A program made the position numbers and the translations under genes. From the NCBI GenBank assembly GCA_963734495.1, contig CAVTHK010000007.1, positions 96,001-160,000 on the forward strand: a DNA stretch of 64,000 nucleotides. The letters are read 5' to 3'. Position 1 is the stretch's first letter, and each line of letters opens with the position of its first letter. Of this stretch, positions 9,705-20,654 are shown in pieces. This stretch comes from an uncultured Spirochaetota bacterium. Lineage in GTDB: Bacteria; Spirochaetota; Spirochaetia; SZUA-6; CAVTHK01. The notes below the pieces were generated by a model. That model made no database searches. It was not told the origin of the DNA and saw only the letters and a program-made list of their open reading frames with translations.

Positions 9705-10723
9705 AGGACAAGCGGCTCTCCGCGGGACAGTACCTCGATGCCCAGGACCAGGACGAGCACGCTCTGCGGCCGAAGCGGCTGCAGGATTTCGTCGGGCAGC
9801 GGCAGCTCAAGGACAATCTCGGGGTGTTCATCGAGGCCGCGCGCAGGCGCCGCGAGAGCCTGGACCACGTGTTCCTGTCCGGGCCGCCCGGGCTGGGCAA
9901 GACCACGCTCGCCGGAATCATCGCCAACGAGCTGGGCGCGGCGTTCCGCTCCACTGCGGCGCCCGCCCTCGAAAAGCCCGGCGACCTGAACGCTCTGCTC
10001 ACGTCGCTCGAGGAGCACGACGTCTTCTTCATAGACGAGATCCACCGGCTCAGGCCCCCGGTCGAGGAGATCCTGTACTCGGCGATGGAGGACTTCGAGA
10101 TCGACGTGATCATCGGCCAGGGTCCGGGCGCGCGGTCCATCAAGATCCCGCTTCCGCCGTTCACCCTGGTCGGCGCCACCACCAAGACGGGGCTGGTTTC
10201 CGGCCCGCTGCACTCGCGTTTCGGCATCACGTGGCGGCTGGACTTCTACGAGCCCGAGGACCTCGCCACCATAGTCCGACGCTCCGCCGGGATCCTCAAG
10301 GTGACCCTCGAAGACGAGGCGATCGACCTGATCGCCCGCTGCTCCCGCGGGACGCCTCGGATCGCGAACCGGCTGCTGCGGCGCATGAGGGACTTTTCGG
10401 AGGTCTGGGGCAAGGGGACGATCACCGGGGAGATCGTCGCCAAAGGGCTCAAGTCGCTGGAGATCGACGACGCCGGGCTCGACAAGCTCGACCGCACGAT
10501 CCTGCAGACCATTATTGAGCGCTACAAAGGCGGGCCGGTCGGGTCCGAGACGCTCGCGATCTCGATCGGCGAGTCGGCGGACACCCTCGAGGACGTGTAC
10601 GAGCCCTATCTCATCCAGGCGGGATTCCTCAAGCGCACGACGCGCGGACGGATGGTCACCGAAGGCGCGTTCCGCCACCTCAACCTCGCGGTTCCCCATG
10701 AGGACCAGCGATTTCTCTTTTGA
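9701..10723 (+). CDS. ruvB: Holliday junction helicase
   Basis: [27 protein letters not shown]. Confidence 0.98.
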   Translation: MKDKRLSAGQYLDAQDQDEHALRPKRLQDFVGQRQLKDNLGVFIEAARRRRESLDHVFLSGPPGLGKTTLAGIIANELGAAFRSTAAPALEKPGDLNALLTSLEEHDVFFIDEIHRLRPPVEEILYSAMEDFEIDVIIGQGPGARSIKIPLPPFTLVGATTKTGLVSGPLHSRFGITWRLDFYEPEDLATIVRRSAGILKVTLEDEAIDLIARCSRGTPRIANRLLRRMRDFSEVWGKGTITGEIVAKGLKSLEIDDAGLDKLDRTILQTIIERYKGGPVGSETLAISIGESADTLEDVYEPYLIQAGFLKRTTRGRMVTEGAFRHLNLAVPHEDQRFLF

Positions 10724-11720
10724 CGTCCCCGAGGAGCTGATCGCTCAGAGGCCCCCGGAACGCCGCGGAAGCTCGCGCCTCATGGTCGTCCGCCGCGCCT
10801 CGGGGGTTTTCGAGGACGCCTCCGTGGGCGATCTGCCCGCGCTGCTGCCTCCGCGCTCCGTGGTCGTGCTCAATGACACGCGCGTCATCAAGGCGAGGCT
10901 CCTCGCGCGCTCCGAGGCAGGCGGCGCGCGGGTCGAGGTCCTGCTCCTGCGCCCCGCCGGGGAGCCGCGGGCCTGGGAGGCGCTCGTGTCGAACGCGCGA
11001 CGCCGGCGCATCGGACAGCGGCTCATCTTTCCAGAGGACCGGGTGGGCACGATCGTCGCCACCGGCGCCGAGACCCGCACCATCGCGTTCGACGCTCCCG
11101 TCGACCCGGACTACCTCGAGCGGAACGGGCACGTGCCCCTGCCGCCCTACATCCGCAGGGCCGACGACGCCTCCGACGGCGAGCGCTACCAGACCGTGTT
11201 CGCGCGCGCGCCCGGCTCGGTCGCCGCGCCGACCGCGGGACTCCACCTGACGGAGGAGATGCTCGCCGCCCTGCGCGCCCGCGGCCTGCGGATCGTCCCG
11301 CTCACGCTGCACGTCGGCCTCGGCACGTTCGCGCCCATCCGCACGGACAGCATCGAGGAGCACCGCATGCACGAGGAGAGCTTCGGCGTCTCGGAGGAGA
11401 GCGCGCGGGCGGTGAACGCGGCGCTGGACAGCGGCCGCACGGTGCTCGCGGTGGGCACGACGGTGGTGCGCGCGCTCGAGAGCGCGGCTGCCGAGGGGCG
11501 CGCGCGCGGCGGATGGGGCAGCACGGGGCTCTTTATCACTCCGGGCTACCGTTTCCGCGCCGTCGGCGCCCTGCTCACAAATTTCCACACGCCGCGCTCC
11601 AGCCTGTTCGTGCTCGTGAGCGCGTTCGCCGGCCTCGATCTGATGCGCGCCGCGTACGAGCGCGCGGTCAAGGAGCGCTACCGGTTCTTCTCGTACGGGG
11701 ACGCGATGCTGATTCTGTAG
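10698..11720 (+). CDS. queA: SAM:tRNA ribosyltransferase-isomerase
   Basis: [34 protein letters not shown]. Confidence 0.97.
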   Translation: MRTSDFSFDVPEELIAQRPPERRGSSRLMVVRRASGVFEDASVGDLPALLPPRSVVVLNDTRVIKARLLARSEAGGARVEVLLLRPAGEPRAWEALVSNARRRRIGQRLIFPEDRVGTIVATGAETRTIAFDAPVDPDYLERNGHVPLPPYIRRADDASDGERYQTVFARAPGSVAAPTAGLHLTEEMLAALRARGLRIVPLTLHVGLGTFAPIRTDSIEEHRMHEESFGVSEESARAVNAALDSGRTVLAVGTTVVRALESAAAEGRARGGWGSTGLFITPGYRFRAVGALLTNFHTPRSSLFVLVSAFAGLDLMRAAYERAVKERYRFFSYGDAMLIL

Positions 11721-11741
11721 GGTCGGCGGCCGGGGAGCGAG

Positions 11742-12344
11742 TCAGTAAGTGCCGGGCCCCATCGCGCGGAACCCGGCCCGCACGCGGTCCACCCGCGCCA
11801 GCTGCTCCGCGATGATCCTCGTATAGTCGAGATCGCCCGTGCGGATGCGGGAAGCTTCATCTTCCCATTCCTGGATGTCTTCCAGGGCGATCCCGTAGGC
11901 CCGGACCTTGCGGGCCCACGACAGCGCCTCCTGCCAGTAGTAGAGCCCCTTGCGGTACAGCCCCTCGGCCGTGTCGAGGCTCGCGAGGTTCTGTTCCTTC
12001 CACGGGGCGTTGTAGAAGTAGGCTGCGCGCTTGTCGTAGAGGCTCGCGAGCTTCAAGTGCAGCTCGACGAGCTTGAGGTTGACGTGCATCTTGAACAGCG
12101 ACCGGTACTGCTCCCACTCGCGCTTGTTGTCGATGCGCGCGAGCGCGTACAGCGGGTTGGCGAAATCGGCGGCCAGCGCCTGCTCGAGCCACACGATGTT
12201 CTCCATGATGTCGTCGGTGCTCATCGTGAGCTGCTCGTGGAAGAGCTTGTAGAACTGCTCGGCGTACGTGATACGGTAGGCGTGCCCGGGCACCGCGAGC
12301 GCGACGGCTGAGAGCAGGGCGAGGAGGGCCCGCCGGGGCTTCAT
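11742..12344 (-). CDS. Exported helical hypothetical protein
   Basis: Signal peptide MKPRRALLALL...GHA; start overlaps tmk stop. Confidence 0.75.
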   Translation of the reverse strand: MKPRRALLALLSAVALAVPGHAYRITYAEQFYKLFHEQLTMSTDDIMENIVWLEQALAADFANPLYALARIDNKREWEQYRSLFKMHVNLKLVELHLKLASLYDKRAAYFYNAPWKEQNLASLDTAEGLYRKGLYYWQEALSWARKVRAYGIALEDIQEWEDEASRIRTGDLDYTRIIAEQLARVDRVRAGFRAMGPGTY

Positions 12345-12973
12345 GCCTTGATTATCGGCAGGCGCACGATTACGTCCCACACGAGCTCGGCGATCCGTTC
12401 GGGGGCGAGCGTGCCGTCGACCCGGTGCACGCGGACCCCCGCAGGCGCGCAGGTCCGCAGCGCCCGCTCGTAGCCCTCGGCAACCCGGCGCTGCAGGGGG
12501 AGCGCGTCGAAGAGGTCGCGGCGGCCCCTCCCCGCGAGCCTCTGCTGGCTCACCTCCACGGGAGTGTCCACGTAAATCACGTCGGCGGGAAGCGGGAACC
12601 CCCGGTGCAGGTCGAGAACACCTTCGAAGCTCCACTCCACGCCCTGGTAGGCGAGCGACGAAAAAAGGTAGCGGTCGCTCACGACGATCTCGCCGCGCGA
12701 GACGCGTTCGCGGATCCCCGTCCCCGCAGCGCGCACGTGCTCCCACCGATCCGCCGCGAACAGGAGCGCGAGCGTGCGCGGCTCGAGCCGCAGATCACCT
12801 CGCAGCGCCGCGCGGATCACCGTCCCGACGGGGCCGTCGGTGGGCTCCCAGGTGCAGTGCGCGGCGACGCCCGCGGCCGCGAAACGCTGCCGCAGCAGGC
12901 CGAGCTGAGTCGTGGTGCCCGCCCCGTCGAGGCCCTCGAGCACGACGAACTTTTCGAGAATCTCGTCTCCCAT
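12341..12973 (-). CDS. tmk: Thymidylate kinase
   Basis: EGLDGAGTTTQ P-loop, SDRYLFSSLAYQG. Confidence 0.93.
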   Translation of the reverse strand: MGDEILEKFVVLEGLDGAGTTTQLGLLRQRFAAAGVAAHCTWEPTDGPVGTVIRAALRGDLRLEPRTLALLFAADRWEHVRAAGTGIRERVSRGEIVVSDRYLFSSLAYQGVEWSFEGVLDLHRGFPLPADVIYVDTPVEVSQQRLAGRGRRDLFDALPLQRRVAEGYERALRTCAPAGVRVHRVDGTLAPERIAELVWDVIVRLPIIKA

Positions 12974-13159
12974 CGGCAGCTCCGGTATCCGCACGCGCGG
13001 TGGAGCGCTATCATACCAGAACGCCGCCATACGACAAGAGGCGGCGGCCTTTCGTGCGGCGGCCTGGCCTGGCAGCGACTGGCGGCGACGGATCGTTGAT
13101 AAAGGCGCGCGAAGCGGGTATACTCACCTGTACGCGAACGTGATCCGCGGAGCCGCTTC

Positions 13160-16100
13160 TTGGAGGGATTTTTCAGCCTCTTGCGTAAACATCGCGTCGA
13201 GCTGATCGCGCTCGGCGCATTGATTTTGTTCGCGGCCGTCGCGACCCCTGTCCTCCAGACCGTCCTCGAATCGACGACATCCGGGCTCAAGGTGGAAGCC
13301 GTCGCCGCGGTCGAAAAGGCCCTCGACAGCGACATACAGTACCGGAGCATCTCGCCGTCGGTGTTCCTCTATCTGGAGATCCGCGACCTCCGCGTCACGC
13401 CTCACGCGGGCGCGGCGTTCCCGGCGGCGAGCGTGAGCCGCGTGCGGGTCTACTACAGCCTCCTCCGGCTCCTGGCGGGAAGCGGCCCCGCGGCCGCGGT
13501 CACCCGCATCGATATCCGGGACACGTCGTTCGACCTGGGCAGCCTCGACCTTTCCGAAACGCCGGGCGGCACCGCGAGCGCGGGCTTCCGGCTCGCGGCG
13601 CTGCCGGCGGCCCTCGAGGTCACGGGAACGAATCTCTCCGTCAGCTTCGTCGTGGACGAGGCGCGGGTCAGCGTTCAGCGGCTCTTCTTCAGGGCCCGCC
13701 GCAGCGCGGACCAGGTCGGGCTCCAGGTGACCCGAGCATCGGTCGCCGTCGAGCGCCCCGGTCTCGCCGTGCGCGCGCAGGTCCGCCTGACGGGAAGGAC
13801 ACGCACGGATCTCGAGGACGTCGACGCCGTGCTTCGCGTCGACGGTTTCCGCTCGCAGGTCCTGGCGCTGAGCCGCCAGTCCTTCCAGATTCAGCGCGAA
13901 GGGGGGACGCTGCTGGTGCGCCGAATGGGCGACAAGGCGCCGCTCGATCTGCAGCTCTCGTCCGACGGCGCGCGCGCGAGCCTGGCGGTGCGGACGGACC
14001 GCTACAACCCGCGAAGCTTCGTCACATTCCTGGGTCCGCTCGCCTTTCTCAACGAGTACTCGCGCGCCTCCGTGACGACGACCGCGCGCGTCGACTACCT
14101 GATCGACCAGGGCGCCGTTCGGTACTCGGCAGATTTCGAGGCCAAGGTGGGCGGCCGGCTGCTTCCGCCCGGAACGGTGGTCCAGGCGAAGCTCCAGGGC
14201 GATCAGCGGCTCATGCGGCTGGACCCGTTCGCAATCACCTCTCCGCAAGGCGACCTGCATTTCGAGGGCGACCTTCAGCTCGCGGACCTCCTGCCCGAAG
14301 GGCTGCTGCGGCTCAGCGGCCTCACCCCCTTCGCGGACAAGCGGGTCGACGCGGACGTCGATCTCACGCGCGGCGACCGCAGCGTGGTCCTGACGGGCAG
14401 ACGCTTCGAGGTCGATGGGACTCCGTTCAACGGCCTGCGGCTCGACCTGACGCCGCGCCCGGGCTCGCTGCGGTTCGAGCTGCAGACCGCCGCGGCGCGG
14501 GGCGACCGCGGCGCGCCGGCCCTGAGCGCGTCCGGGATCCTGCGCATGCGGCCGGCGCCGTCGCTCGAGGCTTCAGCCCAGGTGCGCGCCGTGCCGCTGT
14601 CGGTCATCGCCGGCATCGCCCCCCTGCCTGCGGGGCGGTTCTCGCGCATGTACCCCGCCCTGGCTGAGCTGCTCGTGGACGCCGGGGTCTCCGTTCGCAC
14701 AGACTTCCGCTCGGCGCGCGTGGAGGCTACGCGGATCGCGCTCTCCGACTCCGTGGACCCGAGAAACACGGCGTCCCTGTCGCTCGTATACGACGGCGAC
14801 CGATTGACCGTGAGCGACGCGCGCGTCGCGTGGGGCGGGCACACGGCCTCCGGCTCCCTCGCGATGAAGTACGGACCTGCCTCCACGGCGTTCGACAGCT
14901 CCCTGGTGATCGATGGCCTTCCCTACGGGGTCGAGGGCACGTGGGATCCCTCCCTCGGCCTGATCGCAACGGGCTCCTACGGGCTGCGGATCGGCGTGCA
15001 CCCGCTCGACGGCACGTACCTCGTCAGTGTCGCTGCCAAGGGACTGCCGCTGCCGATGGTCTCCGGACCCGCGGCCCGCCTCGACGTCGACATGGAAGGT
15101 TCGTGGCAGGCCCCCGGCCACTGGGAAGCGCGCGTGCCCCGGCTTGTTCTCGACGGGCTGCCGTACGGGGCCGGCGGGGCGAGCCGTTTCGAGGCCAGCT
15201 TCACGGCGGGCCCCCGCCTCGTCACGATCAACCGCGTTGCCTTCCGCGACCGCCTCGGCGAGGTCACCAATTCCCGCCCCGCCGCATTCGCTCTTCAGGA
15301 CTCGCTGAAGGGGTCGGTGGAGCTCGCCTCCGCGACCAGCAGTGAGCGGTACACCCTCACTCTCTCCCTGGGGCAGAAGTCCTTCGCTGCCGACCTCCGC
15401 ATGCAGGACTTCCCTCTCGCGCGCGTCGCTGCGGGGGCCCTCGAAGGCGGCGCCAACGGCCGGATCACGGCCTCCGGTCCCTACGCCAACCCCACGGTCA
15501 ACGCGTCCCTGCGGCTCGCGGACGGCCGCCTGGGGGGCCATCCGCTGACCCTCTCTCTGGAGGCCGGCTACAGCGAAGGCCGCGTCGTGGTGACCAGCCT
15601 GGAGGCCGCGATCCCCTCCTGCCGGATCGGCGCGACATCCGCGTCCTACGAGACCGCTACCGGCCGCATCGTTGTGGAGACGAGCCTGTCCATCCAGACC
15701 ACGGAGCCGGCCGCCGCGACCGCTCCCGTGGCATCGCGCATCCGGGTTTCGGGGCGCATCCACTCCGGGCCGGGCCTGTCGCTGTGGCGCTCGCTGTTCC
15801 GCGGCGAGCTCGAGGGGCAGGTAGCGGTCACCCAGCCGAAGGCCGACATCGACGCGCCGCTTTCGTGGACCATGGCGTTCTCCATGGCCGGCGGAGCCCT
15901 CCGCTTCGACGGCGGCCCCGCGGATTCGGTGCACGGCAGCGTCACGGAGAACGGCGAGTACGACGTGAGTCTCGCTCAGCCGCTGCCGATCCGCGGGCAC
16001 GTGGTCGGCGTCTTCATGACCGACGAACCCGAGACCCGGATCCAGGGCCTCGAGATCGACATGACGTGGCTCTCTTCCCTCCTCAAGGACTTCACCTTTG

Positions 16101-17449
16101 CGCGGGGAACGGCGCGCGGCGTCGGGGACGTGCTGCTCCTCGGACCGCTGTCGGACCCCCGCTGGCAGGGCCGTCTGGACGTGCAGGGCGTGCAGATGGG
16201 CTTCTACATGAGTCCAGCGCTCACCTCCCCGTTCGCGGCGACCATCACGCTTCGCGACCGCGATCTGGTCCTCGAGCCCACGCACGCGACCGTCGGCCCC
16301 GGCGAGGTCGCGGCCAGCGGCGTGATCGGGTTCTCGCGCTGGAACCCGACGAACTACGACCTGCAGTTCCAGGGCAGCGGAGGCGGCCTGCACACCGTTC
16401 ATGACTTCGGAACGGTGGCCGTCGACGGGTACGCCTCGGGCGTCATCCGGGTCCAGGGCAACGACCTCGCGATCAGGGTCACGGGCGACCTGAACGTCGA
16501 CTACTGCAAGCTCACCGTGGTCGCGACCCCGCCCCCCCAGAAGAACGACGGGGCGGACCGTACCTCGCTGTCCGTCGACATTCAGCTCACCGCCGGCCGC
16601 CGCGTCGAGTTCCTCTGGCCCTCGGTCAGCTTTCCGGTCCTCCGCGCCTCCGCGCGCTCGGGCTCCCGTCTGCGGATCCAGCACGCGGGCGACGCGCAGC
16701 AGACCCGCGTCACAGGGCGGGTCGCGCTGCGCGGGGGCGACGTCTTTTACATAAACCGCAGTTTCTACATCAAGGAGGGCGAGCTCGTCTTCAACGAGAC
16801 GGAGCAGCGATTCGACCCGCGCCTCACGCTGCGGGGCGAGATACGCGAGCAGGACCGGACCGGGCAGGACGTCCGCGTCTATCTCGTGGTGGACGACCGG
16901 CGGCTTTCGGAGTTCGCCCCGCGGTTCGAGAGCGATCCACCCAAGAGCGAAGTGGAGATCATCGCGCTCCTCGGCGGCCCGATCGAGGACCAGCTCGTGC
17001 AGAGCGGCCTCGCGGGCTCCGCCGTGCTGGTCTCCAGCGACATCATCAGCCACTTCGGGCTGCTGCGGCCGTTCGAGCAGGGGGTGCGCGACCTCCTGGG
17101 CCTGGACATGTTCTCGATCCGCACACAGATGGTCCAGAACGTGGTCGTCGACAGGGTGCTGGGCATCCAGCCGGCGGTCTCGGAACCGACGGTCGACCCC
17201 CTGGGCCGCTATCTGGACAACACGACCGTCACGTTCGGCAAATACATCGGAAAGGACCTCTTCCTCGAGATGGACCTCCGCGTGACGGAGAAGCAGACGG
17301 CGGGCGTAGACACTGAGGTCCTCTTCAGCCTAGACTGGCCGACGCCGCTCTTCGACCTGCAGTGGGAAATCAGCCCGGGAGGCGGCGACGTCGAGAGCTT
17401 CGTCCGGGACAAGACTCGACTCAGCATCACCTGGCGATACTCCTATTGA
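13160..17449 (+). CDS. tamB: TamB/AsmA-like translocation and assembly module protein
   Basis: N-terminal TM anchor; 1429 aa beta-rich; C-terminal FGKYIGKDLF; directly upstream of bamA. Confidence 0.8.
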   Translation: MEGFFSLLRKHRVELIALGALILFAAVATPVLQTVLESTTSGLKVEAVAAVEKALDSDIQYRSISPSVFLYLEIRDLRVTPHAGAAFPAASVSRVRVYYSLLRLLAGSGPAAAVTRIDIRDTSFDLGSLDLSETPGGTASAGFRLAALPAALEVTGTNLSVSFVVDEARVSVQRLFFRARRSADQVGLQVTRASVAVERPGLAVRAQVRLTGRTRTDLEDVDAVLRVDGFRSQVLALSRQSFQIQREGGTLLVRRMGDKAPLDLQLSSDGARASLAVRTDRYNPRSFVTFLGPLAFLNEYSRASVTTTARVDYLIDQGAVRYSADFEAKVGGRLLPPGTVVQAKLQGDQRLMRLDPFAITSPQGDLHFEGDLQLADLLPEGLLRLSGLTPFADKRVDADVDLTRGDRSVVLTGRRFEVDGTPFNGLRLDLTPRPGSLRFELQTAAARGDRGAPALSASGILRMRPAPSLEASAQVRAVPLSVIAGIAPLPAGRFSRMYPALAELLVDAGVSVRTDFRSARVEATRIALSDSVDPRNTASLSLVYDGDRLTVSDARVAWGGHTASGSLAMKYGPASTAFDSSLVIDGLPYGVEGTWDPSLGLIATGSYGLRIGVHPLDGTYLVSVAAKGLPLPMVSGPAARLDVDMEGSWQAPGHWEARVPRLVLDGLPYGAGGASRFEASFTAGPRLVTINRVAFRDRLGEVTNSRPAAFALQDSLKGSVELASATSSERYTLTLSLGQKSFAADLRMQDFPLARVAAGALEGGANGRITASGPYANPTVNASLRLADGRLGGHPLTLSLEAGYSEGRVVVTSLEAAIPSCRIGATSASYETATGRIVVETSLSIQTTEPAAATAPVASRIRVSGRIHSGPGLSLWRSLFRGELEGQVAVTQPKADIDAPLSWTMAFSMAGGALRFDGGPADSVHGSVTENGEYDVSLAQPLPIRGHVVGVFMTDEPETRIQGLEIDMTWLSSLLKDFTFARGTARGVGDVLLLGPLSDPRWQGRLDVQGVQMGFYMSPALTSPFAATITLRDRDLVLEPTHATVGPGEVAASGVIGFSRWNPTNYDLQFQGSGGGLHTVHDFGTVAVDGYASGVIRVQGNDLAIRVTGDLNVDYCKLTVVATPPPQKNDGADRTSLSVDIQLTAGRRVEFLWPSVSFPVLRASARSGSRLRIQHAGDAQQTRVTGRVALRGGDVFYINRSFYIKEGELVFNETEQRFDPRLTLRGEIREQDRTGQDVRVYLVVDDRRLSEFAPRFESDPPKSEVEIIALLGGPIEDQLVQSGLAGSAVLVSSDIISHFGLLRPFEQGVRDLLGLDMFSIRTQMVQNVVVDRVLGIQPAVSEPTVDPLGRYLDNTTVTFGKYIGKDLFLEMDLRVTEKQTAGVDTEVLFSLDWPTPLFDLQWEISPGGGDVESFVRDKTRLSITWRYSY

Positions 17450-17465
17450 ACAGCAAGGAGATCCT

Positions 17466-19957
17466 ATGAAAAGAGCCGCCGCTCTTGCGCTCGCCGCCCT
17501 CGCTGCGCTCGCTTTGTCGCGGCCCCTGGGGGCGCAGGCCCAGGAGCGCGACTGGTACATCGGCAAGGAGATCAAGGACTTCACATTCGCCGGGCTCGAA
17601 TCAGTGAGCGTCAACGAGCTGCGCCCGATCGTCCGCCCTTACATCGGCAAGCCCTTCACCATGGATCTCTTCTGGGAGATCCAGGGCAAGCTGTACGAGC
17701 TCGACTACTTCGACCAGGTCGACGCCGAGGCCAAGCCCGCCGACGACGCGCGGACCTCCGTCATCGTGGAGTTCCGCGTCAAGGAGCGGTCCACGTCTCG
17801 CAGATCAGGATCGAAGGGAACCGCAGGGTCTCCCGCACGGCGATCCTCGACAAGGTCCTCGTCAAGAAGGGCAAGTTCGCGTCGCAGGCCGACATCAACC
17901 TCGACATCGAAAACATCCGCGCGCTCTATTTCGAAAAGGGCTTCCCCGAAGTCAAGGTCACGGGCGAGACGACAAAGGAGCAGGGCAAGAACTCGGTCGT
18001 GGTCACGTTCCGCATCGACGAGGGCCAGGAGACGAGAATCCGGGAGATCCGCTTCTCCGGAAACGCCTCGATTCCGGCCAGCGCGCTCAAGGGCGAGATG
18101 AAGACCAGGGAACAGGGGCTCTTCTCCTCGGGCGCCTTCCGGGAGAGTCAGTTGCAGGAGGATATCAAGTCCATCGAGGCCTACTACCAGAATCGCGGCT
18201 ACGTGGACGCCAAGGTGGTCAAGGTCGACCGTCAGACCGAAACCGATGAGCAGAACCAGCGGGTCCAGCTCGTCCTCACCCTCTACGTCGAAGAAGGCAG
18301 CCAGTGGCTCTACGGCGGCATGACCTATGAGGGGAACAAAGTCTTCACCAACGCGCAGATCGACGCGCTGCTGCGGCTGAAGCCGGGGACTGTGTTCAAC
18401 AAGCAGCGGGTCGAGACCCAGTACCAGGCTATCGTCAGCCTCTACACGGACAGCGGCTACATCTTCAACGCCATCAACCGGGCGGAGACCCGCGACCCCG
18501 ACGCCAAGACGATATCCTACAAGCTCACCATCCACGAGTCTGACAAGGCCCACATCGAGAGCATCATCCTGCAGGGCAACAAGAAGACCAAGGACTTCGT
18601 GATTCGCCGCGAGCTGCCCTTCGAGGAAGGCGACATCTTCAGCGTCCAGAAGATCCGGCAGGGATACCTGAACCTGTACAACCTGCAGTACTTCTCGTCG
18701 ATCGACATCAACCCGGTCGAAGGAAGCCAGCCCGGCCTCATGGATCTCGTGGTCAGCGTCGAGGAGCAGAGCTGGGCCCAGTTCAAGTTCGCGCTGGCCT
18801 TTTCCGGCGGCGACTTCCCCATCTCGGGGCAGCTCGGCTGGTCGGACTCCAATTTCCTCGGCACCGGCAAGACGGTCGGCGTCGACCTCGAAGGCTCCAT
18901 CTATCGGCAGGGGATCGCCGCGAATTACAAGGACGACCACTTCTTCGGTCCGAACACGGGCGGCGGCGTGAACCTGTCGTTCTATCACAACGTCAACCGG
19001 AACATTCTCCAGGACATCCTGGCTCCGCAGTTCACCGACCAGGACATCCCGGATCCGTTTACGAGCCTGAAAGAGTACGAGGACGCGCTGAACTCCGGCA
19101 ACCTCAAGACCCCGTTCTATTCGACGATGACCTACGACTCCATCGACATCTCGCTCGGCTTCACAGCCAGCCACTACATACGGACCGTTCTCGGGCGGCT
19201 CGGAGTGAGCAGCGGCCTGTCGTCGACGATGACCTACGTCTGGTACGACCCCGAGGTCTACCGCCCGTACAGCTCGCTGGTCCGCAACAACCTGGACAGG
19301 TGGGACTTCGTCGACACGTGGGGAACGACCTTGTACTGGGACGACCGCGACATCTACTACAACCCTACCAAGGGCTTCTACCTGTCGCAGTACCTGGGGC
19401 TGACCGGCGGTTTCCTGCTCGGCAGCCGTCAGTACATCAAGCTCGCCACACGCACGGACGGATACCAGCAGCTCTTCAGCCTTCCGATCGGCGAGAAGTT
19501 CAAGCTCGAGATGGTGCTGGCGGCGCACAGCGAGCTTTCGTTCATCCTCCCTCAGCTCAACGGCGACCTCGAGCTGACACCCAAGGACACGCTGATCATC
19601 GACGGCATGACGATCGGCCGCGGCTGGGACTACATGTACGACTTCCGCTCCATGTGGTCGAACACCGTCGAGCTGCGGATGCCCATCGCCAAGCAGTTCC
19701 TGTGGTGGACATGGTTCTTCGACGCCGTCGGCGCGTGGGCCCTGCCCCAGGACATCGCGGGGATGACGATCGAGGATTTCTACTTCAGCTACGGGGGCGG
19801 CCTGCGGTTCACGATACCGGGGCTGCCGATCCGCCTCTACCTCGCCCAGGCGTTCAAGGTGACCAATGGCAAGGTCGAGAATCAGCCCGGCGACATCCCC
19901 CTGGGACCGCTGGAGCTCAAGTTCGTCATCTCGATCACGGTGCCGGGCGCGTTCTAG
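17466..19957 (+). CDS. bamA: Outer-membrane assembly factor BamA (one apparent frameshift, ~17792)
   Basis: Signal peptide; POTRA repeats (GNKKTKDFVIRREL); NFLGTG; IGRGW; C-terminal F. Confidence 0.92.
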
Positions 19958-19980
19958 CCCGGGGTAAAGGAGAAAACGCC

Positions 19981-20526
19981 ATGAGACTGGCACCCGTTGC
20001 CGTCCTCCTGCTTCTTGGCGCCGCGGCGCTCCATGCCGAACAGGAGATCACCAAGATCGGCGTGGTCGACACGAGCCGGATCTACTCCGTCTATTTCCAG
20101 GATTCCAAGGCCGTCCGCGACCTCGCCGCGTTCAAGCAGTCCATCCTCGAAGAGTCCGGCCGGCTCAACGACGAGATCACCGGGCTGCAGGCCGCCAAGG
20201 TCAACGCGGAGCGCGACGGCCGCAAGGACGAATCGCTGCGCCTGGAGAGCCAGATCCTCGAGAAGGAGAACTTTCTCAGGGAGTATCAGCGGGTCAAGAA
20301 TCTGGAGTTCCGCTCGCGGCAGAGCAAGGTCGAGGTGGAGTCCTCGTTCCTGGGCGAGCTCGCGGACGCGATCGCCTACGTGGCGGTCAGCGAAGGCTTT
20401 TCCATGATCATGGAGAAGCAGAACCCCATCTTCCTGTACTTCACGCCCGAGAGCGACATCACCGAGAAAGTGCTCCAGCACCTGTTCGAAAAGGCGGGCA
20501 AGACCTACACGCCCGGCGGGAACTGA
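19981..20526 (+). CDS. skp: OmpH/Skp periplasmic chaperone
   Basis: Signal peptide; KIGVVD...DITEKVL; follows bamA; AAGGAG RBS. Confidence 0.88.
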   Translation: MRLAPVAVLLLLGAAALHAEQEITKIGVVDTSRIYSVYFQDSKAVRDLAAFKQSILEESGRLNDEITGLQAAKVNAERDGRKDESLRLESQILEKENFLREYQRVKNLEFRSRQSKVEVESSFLGELADAIAYVAVSEGFSMIMEKQNPIFLYFTPESDITEKVLQHLFEKAGKTYTPGGN

Positions 20527-20648
20527 GCACAGGGATGTGCTCGCCCGGCGCGACAGGCGCTCGTCCCGCGCGCTTTGGCCCAGCGTACTCGCTGGGTACT
20601 CGCGGGAGACGTCGAGAGCGCCGGGCTGAGCCCTCAAGCACTTGAGGG
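20522..20648. repeat. Dispersed hairpin-family element between skp and mutS
   Basis: 27-nt identity with reverse complement of 48178-48204; GAGCACA-GGGA-TGTGCTC and CCCAGCG-TACT-CGCTGGG hairpins. Confidence 0.9.
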
Positions 20649-20654
20649 AGAGGC

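Noticed and set aside
14573-17053. Long antisense or alternate-frame ORFs (also 17705-19993, 20634-22505, 42054-44477, 53570-55726)
   Set aside because: Shadow ORFs expected from high-GC codon bias opposite clear genes
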